Shown: positions 9,328-19,100 of the stretch, in pieces
Numbering within the stretch: the first letter of the stretch is position 1
Layout: the number at the start of each line of letters is the position of its first letter
Assembly (NCBI RefSeq): GCF_000270205.1
Contig: NC_015913.1
Location: forward strand, 1,070,188-1,102,187
DNA length: 32,000 nt
Source: Candidatus Arthromitus sp. SFB-mouse-Japan
Lineage (GTDB): Bacteria; Bacillota; Clostridia; Clostridiales; Clostridiaceae
Direction of reading: 5' to 3'
The notes under the pieces: model-generated
The model's database searches: none
Told to the model about the DNA's origin: nothing
Seen by the model: the letters and a program-made list of their open reading frames with translations, nothing else
Position numbers and translations under genes: made by a program

Positions 9328-10267
9328 AAATACCAGTCAATATAAATTCTTTAATTAAACTTATATATCCTACTAAATGTTCTCTTATTCTTTCATCAAA
9401 AAAGTTCTCTAAAAAATTCATGTTATCCATTGGAGTGTGAATTATTCTTCCGAACATTTCAGTTTGTGTACGTCCATCATTCTCCCCAATGTTCCAATTT
9501 GTAGATTCAAAATACAGAACAGGTATTCCAACTTCAAAAAACGGATAATAATCACTTTTAGTATTTGTAAAGCTTAACTCTTCCCCATCTCTAGGATTAA
9601 TCATTATATCTATCTCCATATTTTGAGCTACTTCTATCAGCTTTTGCAAAAATATATTGTCTATTTCATCAATTTTTTCATCTTTATAAACATTATAAAC
9701 ATACATATTATCACCAGATAGTAATGTATCTAAATTAATCATATACTTTATTTTTTCCTTATCAGAATCACTTAATGATTCAACATAATTATATGATCCA
9801 TGAAGTCCTCGTCCTAATAAATTTATCTCTTCAGCTCCAAAAAATATAAATTTCAAATCATAATGGGTTTGTGTATTTCGGAATATTTCGCAAAGTTCTA
9901 AAAGCGTAGCAATTCCAGAAGCATTATCATCGAATGCATTACCTTCAATACGTCCGTCATAGTGTGCACCTAAAATTATAACTTTTGAAGAATCAAGACC
10001 TTTTTTATTTACCTCAATGTTTGCAGTTTCATATCCATCAACATCAAATTTATGAATATCTACTTCATATCCTAAATCTTTCAGGGTCTTTTCTATATAA
10101 TTTCTAGAATTTATTTCACTTTGTGTAACTAATGCTCTACTTCCTATTAATGAAAATTTCAATAAATGTCTATATGCAATATCTCCATTAATTGCCATAA
10201 CATTAAGTAAATCAAAATTACAAATCAATATTATAAAAACTACAACTATTTGTATATATTTTTTCAA
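9326..10267 (-). CDS. M28 family zinc aminopeptidase, exported
   Basis: N-terminal signal sequence plus metal-ligand motifs 'GAHYDG', 'AFDDNASG', 'FGAEE' and 'NLD'. Confidence 0.9.
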   Translation of the reverse strand: MKKYIQIVVVFIILICNFDLLNVMAINGDIAYRHLLKFSLIGSRALVTQSEINSRNYIEKTLKDLGYEVDIHKFDVDGYETANIEVNKKGLDSSKVIILGAHYDGRIEGNAFDDNASGIATLLELCEIFRNTQTHYDLKFIFFGAEEINLLGRGLHGSYNYVESLSDSDKEKIKYMINLDTLLSGDNMYVYNVYKDEKIDEIDNIFLQKLIEVAQNMEIDIMINPRDGEELSFTNTKSDYYPFFEVGIPVLYFESTNWNIGENDGRTQTEMFGRIIHTPMDNMNFLENFFDERIREHLVGYISLIKEFILTGI

Positions 10268-10289
10268 TCATACACACCCCTTCCGAGAA

Positions 10290-12032
10290 TCATTTTCTCA
10301 AAATTATTTCATCATAATAAAATGTTTTAAATACATTAGTCGAATTTATTCCAAAAATTCTTCCATTATAAGCATCAAACTTTTTACGTTGAAATAATGG
10401 AATTACTGGCAAATCTTCTCTAAGAATTTCATAAGCTTCAAGATAAAAATTTCTATTTGCTTCTATATCAAAATTTGTATCTATATTCGTTAATAATTCA
10501 TCTAAGCTTTGATTGGAGTAAGAAAAATAATTGTTTACTCCCGATGTATAAAAACTCTTGTACCAATTGCTGCCATAAGTAAACTCATCATCAACCAAAA
10601 ACAAATCATAATTATGTTTTCTTGCACTCACATCTGAAAAATCATTAATATTGACATATTCTTTAATCAATGAAATTCCAATATTTTTAAGATTATTTTC
10701 TATTATCGGAAAAATATCTTGACATATGGAACTATTTTCCTGAACCAAAATATTAAATTGCAGAGCCTTACCATCTTTTTCTAAAATTCCAGATTTATTT
10801 TTAACCCATCCATGTTCATTTAAAATTCTGACTGCTTCGTTCTTGTTAAAATCATTTTTCATATTATCTTTATCATAAAAAAATTTTTGAAATGCTCCAT
10901 CAATTGGAGCATCTATAATATTAAAATTTTTATCCGATATATTCTTTACAATTTGGTTTTTATCTATACATACATTAATTGCTTTCCTGATAGAAATATC
11001 TTTCAATAATTCATTTGAATGATTTATTCCGATAGAACCATAATCATATGTATCAAACATATATCCATTTAAAAATTGAGCATTTGATGCCTCTTCAATA
11101 TTTTCATTATTTGGCAAAATATCATATGCTATATCAATATTTCCAGATATCAAATTATTTATATACGATTTTTCATCAACCTTTTTAAAAGTTAATGTTG
11201 AAATATCACTTTTATCCTTGTAATAATAATCATTAGTTTTAAGAATCAAATAATCATCTTCATAAGCAAAAAATTTAAATACTCCATTACCAAAAGGTTT
11301 TAAATTTTTTTCAACAATATCATTTGCTTTCCCTTGATAATAATATTGACCATAATATATGTAAGAAAGAGGATAAATATTTAAAAGTCCAATTGTTTGA
11401 ATACTTGGATTTTCCACATTGACTCTAAAATTATAATCATCTATAATTTCAATTCCTTCAATTGTGTTACTTGTTCCACTGTTATAATCTCTCCAATTTT
11501 TTAAGTTCAATGTTTCTCGATCAAAACTTCCTCTATAATCTCCATCCATTAAAAATTTATATGTAAAATCAATGTCTTTTGTCGTCAACTTTGTTCCATC
11601 TTCCCATAATAAATTCTCTTTCAATGAAAACAAATAAGTTTTCTTATCTTCCGAAACTGTAGGAAGTTGTTTTAAAATATTTGGATAAAACTCACCATCA
11701 TATCCTACCTTCATTAAAGGTTCCCAGATAGCATCAATCACATAATAATCAGATTTAGACTCAACGAAATATGGATTAAAATTAAACTTGCCTAAAAACT
11801 TCACACCAACATTTAATATATCTTGCTTTGCCATAGCATTATTAACATAAGTATTAAAATTACTAGCACTTATATATAAAGTATCCTTATCAAATTTACC
11901 CGATCCTCTATGTATGTTATCAACTTGTATTTTGTTTCCATTTTCCCCTTTCTTTCCTATACAAGATGAAAGTGAATAGAAAATTATCATAATAGATAAA
12001 ATTAAATTAATTTGTTTTATATATTTTTTCAT
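10290..12032 (-). CDS. Oligopeptide-type ABC transporter substrate-binding lipoprotein (SBP family 5)
   Basis: Lipobox 'YSLSSC'; 'DAIWEPLMKVGYDGEFYPNILKQLP...LKENLLWEDGTKLTTKDIDFTYKFL' is a typical SBP_bac_5 pattern. Confidence 0.9.
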   Translation of the reverse strand: MKKYIKQINLILSIMIIFYSLSSCIGKKGENGNKIQVDNIHRGSGKFDKDTLYISASNFNTYVNNAMAKQDILNVGVKFLGKFNFNPYFVESKSDYYVIDAIWEPLMKVGYDGEFYPNILKQLPTVSEDKKTYLFSLKENLLWEDGTKLTTKDIDFTYKFLMDGDYRGSFDRETLNLKNWRDYNSGTSNTIEGIEIIDDYNFRVNVENPSIQTIGLLNIYPLSYIYYGQYYYQGKANDIVEKNLKPFGNGVFKFFAYEDDYLILKTNDYYYKDKSDISTLTFKKVDEKSYINNLISGNIDIAYDILPNNENIEEASNAQFLNGYMFDTYDYGSIGINHSNELLKDISIRKAINVCIDKNQIVKNISDKNFNIIDAPIDGAFQKFFYDKDNMKNDFNKNEAVRILNEHGWVKNKSGILEKDGKALQFNILVQENSSICQDIFPIIENNLKNIGISLIKEYVNINDFSDVSARKHNYDLFLVDDEFTYGSNWYKSFYTSGVNNYFSYSNQSLDELLTNIDTNFDIEANRNFYLEAYEILREDLPVIPLFQRKKFDAYNGRIFGINSTNVFKTFYYDEIILRK

Positions 12033-12102
12033 TTATATAAATGCCTCCACAATTTGTATTAAATATATTATTTACAGTAAAATTGGAATTTATTTAAAAA
12101 AT

Positions 12103-12135
12103 AAAAAAAGGAAAGGAAAATCCTCTCCTTTTTTA
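12103..12135 (-). terminator. Rho-independent terminator
   Basis: aaaaaaaggaaagga / tcctctcctttttta, a near-perfect stem directly after the stop codon. Confidence 0.75.
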
Positions 12136-15100
12136 TTAATATCTTAGTCCCATAGAAGTAATATATTGTTTGAATTCTGATTCATTCATCATTTCACTAG
12201 CTATTCTTATTCTTAATTCTGCCAATGACTCTACTTGTAATTTATATTCATCATATTTTCCTTCCCAATACTTCTGTCCTTCTTCTTCAGGATCTCTTCC
12301 AACAACTATTTTATACATCATTTTTACGAATTCTTCTTTACTAAGATATCTGCTTATAAATTCATCTTGTTTCATCAAACCATAAATAAATTGAGTCACT
12401 GGTAATTCCTTAGATTCCAATTTTTGAACCCAAAATTTCCAACCCTCAACTTCTGGATCACGTCCAAGTGAAACAGAATAAATTTTTGATACAAATTCTG
12501 CAACTTTTCCAGTAGGTGGTTGTAATTCTTGTTTTGTCGTAAAAGAATCAATTTTATATCTAGTTATTAAACCATTCTCAAGTTTAAAAGTTATCTCTAA
12601 ATCTCTGTAAGTCGTCATTGGTTTCAAGTCGCTTAATCTTAAAATTAATGAATTTGTATCCCAAGTAAATTTAATTTTTTCATCATTCAAAGCTACACTA
12701 GATATTTTTGATTTTGGAGATGCGAATAATTCAAATACAATTTCCGCACTCTTATCAGTAGTAGTTATTTTCGTTGATTTTACATCAACAGATGGAGATT
12801 GAGGTGTGGATATTTTTGCATATTTTGATAATGTTTGTTCTTTATTATCCTTATCTTTCCAAATAAAATCAAGTTTATATACTGATTCAGTCTTTGGCTC
12901 TAGATTTGTGAATTTTAAGAGTCCTCCCTCTAACTTAAGCTCAACATTAGGATTATTGCTTGGCTTTTGGAAGTCAATTCTTAAAAATCTTTCATTTAAA
13001 TCATCAATTAATACTGGTATTTCAGCTTTTCTAGCCTCTAAAGTTTTGGCCTCAAATAAAGTTACATTAAATGAATCTGTTACACTCAACTCTGGTCCTG
13101 TCTGGTTATCAAGCGTTACATCTGGAACTTGGTGTATACCTGTAGTCGTAAAAACTGCACTTGGAGATGTAGGCGCACTAGGTATACTAACATTAGTTAT
13201 TTTATTAATATCATTCAATACTTGTCTTGTAATAAGTTCTCTCTTATCGATGTCTATATAGCTAAGTTCAAGAATCAAAAATCCATAATCTCTCTTCTCT
13301 GACAAATTATACAAAGTTAAAATAAAATAAATTTTCTCTTTCCCTTCAATTTTTTCAACTTTGTATTTCTCTTCACCTTTAAGTCCATTAACAGTTAAAT
13401 TCTTAATAGTTACATCACTATTATCAACTTCTATTACATATCTTAGAGATGTTTTATCATTCTTAACAGCAGGTATTATTGTTTTATTTGGAAGTTCAAC
13501 ATTTAATTTTGGAAAAAATACTTCAACTGTATCAGTGGAAGAAGCTGCTGACGAAAAAATTCCTTGTTTTATATCAACATATTTTTTTTCTGGATCAAGT
13601 TCTATATAGAGCTTAGGCTCTGTAAAGTTTGAAGTTCTAATTGATAAATTATGCGTGCTTACAGTTGTTACAGTTGTTACAGTTGAACTACCACTAGTAG
13701 TAGCAGATGTCATTATTTGTGAAAAGTAAAAAGTTTTTGTTATATCTTTGTCTTCTGGCTTCGCTGTTACATATAACTTTCTAAATGTATATGGAGTCGA
13801 TCTCTGTAATCCTGTTATATTAAGATATCCACCTTTTTCTGGTTTATCTGTATTAATTAAAGAAACAGATGCTGAATATTTGTTAAGTCTATCATCTTCT
13901 ACTTCCATCTTTGTTATTGTACTATCTTTATCAAATATCTTGAAAGTATTAAATCTTATGCTATTACCATTAGTTCTCAAGGCTATATTTGAAGCTGTAG
14001 TTGATATCATTTGTTCATAATCCAAATAAGTTGTATCATCTATAGAATTAAAATCAATATTCATTTTTGAACCTACATTACTATTAGGTAATGTATATAT
14101 CATATTTGAAACTTCAAGTGATGAATTTGATGATGATACTAAATAAGTTTCAAAAAGTGGTAATTGTTTACCAGTCTTGAAGTTTGTCATGCCGAATCCT
14201 TCAAGATAGTTAACAACTGATAGATTATTAAGATCAGGATAAAAAGTAATATTCTTGTTTAACGCAATAAACTGGTAATTTGTGTTAGTCTTCAAAAATT
14301 CGTATGGTTGAAAATCAGATCCATTCTTTATATCAAATTTTATAGCCATTCCATCAGCATTCAAATTCAAATTAGATGCTTTAACATTACTAGTCACAGA
14401 ATTATTGATTAATGAATCTTCTGCTATGATACTTCTTAAATAATCCATGCTTGTTGGAAATATAGTTTCTCCATCATAAATTACTGAAACTTGTTTAGGA
14501 GAAATATCATCAATATCTTTAAAACCAAATATTAATGGTAACGTATCACGATCATAATCAACATCATTAGACTGAAATACTTTTCTTAAAGCTAATGCCA
14601 AATGAGCTCTGTTTGTTATATTAGGTATTCCTGCAGGAGCACTAGGCGATGTCATCCCAGCTGGAGTTCTAACTCCATTAATATCATCAATCATCTCATT
14701 TGCAGCTTTGATCATAAAGTCTCTTAAACTAGCTGTTACAGTTGTCGGTGTACTAGAAATACTAGAAATACTAGAATCCATAAATACAACATCGTTTAAA
14801 TTAAAAGATGAAACTAATGATACTGTTGCAATAACATCCAAAATTTTTCCAGTCAATACGAAATTTGACTTAGCCTTACCTTGGAAAGTATACATTCCAC
14901 TCTCAACTGTAGTCTCTGCAGTAGATATTATTAAATCTACTCCTCCAATTGTACTCTTAAACTGCGAAATCGTTCCTGTTGGCTTAGTTACATTACTTGG
15001 AATTCTTGTATCTTCTACTGCTCTTGTCGCACCATAAACAGACATATTATCTAAATTATCTATTATTTCTTGATTAATTTTGGATTCATCTTGTAAATCA

Positions 15101-15663
15101 CTTATAATTTCTGAACTATCATTCGAAACTACTTGATCAATACTTAAATCTGGAATGATACTATCTTGGACTCCATCCATCTGTTCTACTTCCGTGTTTC
15201 CTTGATTATATTCTCCTGATCCGGACACGGTAACTCCATTCTCTTGAGCATCCGTTTGATCTTGTGAATCGTTTGTATTGTCCTCACTGTTATTTTCACT
15301 TTGTAGTGCATTTTCTTGACTGTTTGTTTCGTCATTTTCAATAATTTGTTCAGAATCTTCTTTCTTTTCAAATTCCATTTGAACAACATCTCCTTCCTCC
15401 ACTAATATTGTTTCCTCTTCTTTAGTGGATTCCTGAAAATCTTGTAATGGTTGTTCATTTTCACTCACGACCGTCTCCATATGTTCTAATTTTTCTACCT
15501 CATCTACGCTTTCAGCTGTATTTTTACTAATCCCACTATTAGCTTGCTCCATAATTTTATTATAAATTTCATTGAAATTTAATGAGTTATTATCATTTTG
15601 GTCTTTCATGAATTTTTTGATTCCTTTAAAATTAATTGATTCAATATCATTATTAGTTACCAT
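12136..15663 (-). CDS. Large mosaic DUF4214-type protein (1175 aa), no signal peptide; paralog 1
   Basis: Shares the core (SFKLTG-like strand, helix, YTF/FxK blocks), beta-sandwich modules and C-terminal 'VAEFVSKIYSVSLGRDPEVEGWKFWVQKL...' with the three minus-strand paralogs to its right. The N-terminus is acidic and hydrophilic. Confidence 0.85.
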   Translation of the reverse strand: MVTNNDIESINFKGIKKFMKDQNDNNSLNFNEIYNKIMEQANSGISKNTAESVDEVEKLEHMETVVSENEQPLQDFQESTKEEETILVEEGDVVQMEFEKKEDSEQIIENDETNSQENALQSENNSEDNTNDSQDQTDAQENGVTVSGSGEYNQGNTEVEQMDGVQDSIIPDLSIDQVVSNDSSEIISDLQDESKINQEIIDNLDNMSVYGATRAVEDTRIPSNVTKPTGTISQFKSTIGGVDLIISTAETTVESGMYTFQGKAKSNFVLTGKILDVIATVSLVSSFNLNDVVFMDSSISSISSTPTTVTASLRDFMIKAANEMIDDINGVRTPAGMTSPSAPAGIPNITNRAHLALALRKVFQSNDVDYDRDTLPLIFGFKDIDDISPKQVSVIYDGETIFPTSMDYLRSIIAEDSLINNSVTSNVKASNLNLNADGMAIKFDIKNGSDFQPYEFLKTNTNYQFIALNKNITFYPDLNNLSVVNYLEGFGMTNFKTGKQLPLFETYLVSSSNSSLEVSNMIYTLPNSNVGSKMNIDFNSIDDTTYLDYEQMISTTASNIALRTNGNSIRFNTFKIFDKDSTITKMEVEDDRLNKYSASVSLINTDKPEKGGYLNITGLQRSTPYTFRKLYVTAKPEDKDITKTFYFSQIMTSATTSGSSTVTTVTTVSTHNLSIRTSNFTEPKLYIELDPEKKYVDIKQGIFSSAASSTDTVEVFFPKLNVELPNKTIIPAVKNDKTSLRYVIEVDNSDVTIKNLTVNGLKGEEKYKVEKIEGKEKIYFILTLYNLSEKRDYGFLILELSYIDIDKRELITRQVLNDINKITNVSIPSAPTSPSAVFTTTGIHQVPDVTLDNQTGPELSVTDSFNVTLFEAKTLEARKAEIPVLIDDLNERFLRIDFQKPSNNPNVELKLEGGLLKFTNLEPKTESVYKLDFIWKDKDNKEQTLSKYAKISTPQSPSVDVKSTKITTTDKSAEIVFELFASPKSKISSVALNDEKIKFTWDTNSLILRLSDLKPMTTYRDLEITFKLENGLITRYKIDSFTTKQELQPPTGKVAEFVSKIYSVSLGRDPEVEGWKFWVQKLESKELPVTQFIYGLMKQDEFISRYLSKEEFVKMMYKIVVGRDPEEEGQKYWEGKYDEYKLQVESLAELRIRIASEMMNESEFKQYITSMGLRY
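12139..12517 (-). other. DUF4214-type C-terminal domain of paralog 1
   Basis: Two half-repeats: 'SVSLGRDPEVEGWKFW' and 'KIVVGRDPEEEGQKYW'. Confidence 0.8.
14751..14777. repeat. Short 9-bp tandem repeat (actagaaat, about 3 copies) in the variable Ser-rich loop of paralog 1
   Basis: tactagaaatactagaaatactagaat. Confidence 0.7.
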
Positions 15664-15724
15664 TTTAATGTTTTATGACAAATTTAATGAACTTTATTTC
15701 ATAAAAATAAATTAAAAAAATAAA

Positions 15725-15744
15725 GAACTCATAATAATGAGTTC
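15725..15744 (-). terminator. Rho-independent terminator of the 85-aa gene
   Basis: gaactcat-aata-atgagttc with a T-rich tract on the minus strand. Confidence 0.8.
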
Positions 15745-15784
15745 TCTTTATACAAAATAACTGCTATTAAATAATCTACCTATA

Positions 15785-16042
15785 TTAATCTGTTACACCA
15801 TCTTCTATTAAGTTAGTAGTAACAAGCTTAACATCATATCTTGTGTGATCAACTAGTTCTGCTACAGCTCTCGCTGCTGCACTCAAAATATCATTTGTCA
15901 ATCCTGACTTTATGTCTGCAATTGTTCTTGTAAATTTTCTCACAGTTCCATCAAGATTATCAGTATAAAAAGTTATTACAAGGCTAGTAGCTAGCGTTGT
16001 AGATGTTATTACTTGAGTGTTAAATAGATTGCTTACTCCCAT
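15785..16042 (-). CDS. Small DUF1659-like protein (85 aa)
   Basis: 'ATSLVITFYTDNLDGTVRKFTRTIADIKSGLTNDILSAAARAVAELVDHTRYDVKLVTTNLIED' resembles DUF1659/DUF2922-type small proteins; SD GTGGAG upstream. Confidence 0.6.
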   Translation of the reverse strand: MGVSNLFNTQVITSTTLATSLVITFYTDNLDGTVRKFTRTIADIKSGLTNDILSAAARAVAELVDHTRYDVKLVTTNLIEDGVTD

Positions 16043-16079
16043 GTCTACACATTCTCCACAGCTATTATTATTTCAAAAT

Positions 16080-16140
16080 AGTAGATGAACTCGGTATAAG
16101 GGGCTTTTCTGGATAATTGGTGAATTCAAGTTCATCTACT
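16080..16140 (-). promoter_or_regulatory. 12-bp perfect inverted repeat flanking 37 nt, in the 5' region of the 85-aa gene
   Basis: agtagatgaact ... agttcatctact. No strong T tract, so a structured leader is more likely than a simple terminator. Confidence 0.45.
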
Positions 16141-16182
16141 TTAATATAATATTATCTGTTATAACAATTTATTCCAAAAATT

Positions 16183-19100
16183 TTAATACCTAAGTCCTAT
16201 TCTAGTTACTAACTCTTTAAATTCTGGTTGATCCATCATTTCTCTTGCAATCTTAATTCTAAGTTGCTCAATAGTTGAAACCTGGTCCCTGTATTCGACA
16301 TATTTACTTTCCCAGTATTTTTGACCTTCCTCTTCTGACTCCCTATCTACTATTAAAGTATACATCGTTGAAACAAACTTAGATTTAGTTAGCTCTCTAT
16401 CAACAAATTCTGGTTGAGTCATTAAATTCTCAGCTATAAATTCTGTAGCACTAAGTTCTTTACTTTGTAATTTCTCTATCCAAAAATTCCATCCTTCATT
16501 TTCTGGTTCACGTCCAAGTGCAATCTTATAAACTCTCCTCACAAATTCAGCCACATCACCTTTTGGTCTATTCTCATCAATAACTGTCTTAAAAGTTCCA
16601 AGTGGATATTCAACACTCTTGCCATTTTCTAAAATTAATCTTATAATAACATTTGTGTAGGTGTAGTCTGGTTTAAGTCCTTCTAATTTTATAGTGCTTA
16701 TATCTTTATCCCATGTTGCCTTAAGAGCATTGTTTAAATCATCAAGAACTGTAACTGACTTCACCTCCGATTTTGGATTGTTATAAATGTTTAATTTAAT
16801 ATTTACTTTAGTTAGGTCTACAACCTCAATATCCGTGGACTTAATATCATAATCTGGTGTTTCTGTAGTACTCAACTGAACATATTTTTTTATCTGTTTT
16901 GTTTCTCTAGAAACACCATTATCTTCGCAATTAAATATTATAGTAAACATCCCACTCGTTTCTGGTTTCAAATCGCTAAATTCCAATATAAAGTTATCAT
17001 AACTTACTCTAGCATTTGGATTATCTACAGGATTTTCAACATCAATTGAAGTTACTCTATTTTCTAGGTCATCAATTAAAATCGGAACTCTTGCCACTCT
17101 TGCATATGATGATGTAAAACTATCACTCAATGAAATCTGCACGGCCTCTTCAATCGGTAAAGACTCGGCCTCAGTCATGTTGTCATATTTTGTATTTTCA
17201 CCTTTTGTCGAATTTAATGTAGATAAACTCTTCCTAGAAGTTTGAACGTTACCACTATCATCTAAATAATTTAATTCCAAAATTACAAATCCATAATCTT
17301 TATTCTTCTCTAAATTGTTTAAAGTTACTATATAGTAGTTTTGTTTCTGAACCCTATCTACTATCTTCTCAACTTGATATGATTCCGAACCCGTAAGACT
17401 TATAACTTTAAGATCTAAAATATTTCCTTGCTTATTATCAACTTTAAAAACATATCTTAGAGCTGTATCAGAATTTTTAACGGTATTCATTTCAATACCA
17501 TTTGGAAGTTTAACTGTCGAAGAATTTGTAGCTGCCAATTGAATTTTTGGTTCAGGTTGCTTAATAGTCCTTATAGGTATATAATTCTGTTTCACACTTC
17601 CATTATCATAACAACCCAAATCCAATTCTTGGCTTGTCATTCTTCCATCCGTATTTGATGTAATAAATAATTTTGTAAAAATATAAGACGTATCGCTTTC
17701 AAGACCATTAACTTCAATCGAAAAAGTATCTGTATATTCTGAAATTAAACTACAACTATATCTATAACCTCGATCATCCTGAATTTCAACCCTTGATATA
17801 CTCCTATCAGGATCACGGAAAGTTATATTTTTAAATTTAATAGAATTTTCTGCGATAGAAATATCTGATTCACTTGTCCCATATGATCCCATATCCAAAT
17901 AAACACCATTTTTAAATTGTGTAACATACATATCATTTTTTGATGTACCTTGTAAGTTTTGAGAATTTGTTTCATATAAATTAGGTTTCGCTGCATTTTT
18001 AGATATAAACAATGCTGGTGCTTTACCTGTTTTACAATTACTTAATCCAGTTAAAGTCAACTTAACATCATCGCCGACAGTTATATCTCGATTTGTTTGT
18101 GACTCCTCTAGAGCACCAAGACTATAAACTGTATTAGTTAGAAGTTTATCACCAACATTTTCATTTCTAACTACAATTCTCAAAGCAATATTACTTGGAT
18201 CAATTCCATTATCTAATTTCGTATTACCTAGATCAATGATGCTTTTTATATAATCATCAGTATTAGGTACAAAATCTGAACTCATTTTAATCTTCTTCAC
18301 ACCATGTGTACTTTCAAATGATAATTGTGCATTCATATCATCTAATATCTTAGAAAGGGCATCACGAAGTTTCTTTCTCTCTGTTACAGTTTCAGAACTA
18401 CGGTCACCTTTTGCCTCTTGATATGCTCTCTTAATTAAATCTCCAAGAGTTCCAGTTTCAAAATTTTTAACTCCATAAGTTAAAGGCTCTTCTTCAGTAT
18501 CTTCTACATCATCTGTAATGTCACTATCCTCAGAGTCTGTTGGAGGTTTTGTTGATTCACTCGGTGATTCTTGTGATGGTGGTAAGCTTGATGATCCTTC
18601 CATATTAACTTCATCATCACTGGGTTGATCTGTACTTCCTCCATCAACTTCTGGTTTTTCTTCTTCACCAACATCTGGAGTCCCATTTACACCATTATCT
18701 GGAATTCCTTCTCCCTCATCTGGTTTATTACCACCATCTTCTGTTGGTGGTTTTTGTTCTCCATCTCCATTACTCGGTTTATCACTATCTTCTCCTGATG
18801 AATCTCCTGAACCATCATCAGTACCTCCCTCTGAAGGCTTGTTCTCATCTTCTCCATTATCTATATCACCTCCACCAGTTCCATCATCTGGTTGTTCTGG
18901 AGTTACTGGTATATCAATCTTTGACTCTAATATTTTTCCTGATAATTTCAAACTCAACTCTATTGTTCCATAAGGTGTATATGATTCTCCCGCTCCAACT
19001 AGCTCAGAACTTCCTGTACTTTTTACAATCTGAACTTGACTTTGATTTGTTACTGTTGGCTCTGAAGGTTGTTGATCTCCTCCACTTTCTGGTGGTGTTT

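Noticed and set aside
12170-15037. Plus-strand ORFs (12170, 12806, 13361, 13748, 14708) antisense to paralog 1
   Set aside because: They mirror the dominant minus-strand coding frame, lack convincing ribosome sites and show no recognisable domains.
15186-15389. 67-aa minus-strand ORF, 'MLFKWNLKRKKILNKLLK...'
   Set aside because: It is an alternate frame inside the acidic stalk of paralog 1; Lys-rich output reflects frame-shifted GAA-rich DNA.
15664-15784. Possible frameshift hiding a signal peptide for paralog 1
   Set aside because: The minus-strand sequence here has stops and the terminator of the 85-aa gene, with no hydrophobic reading frame.
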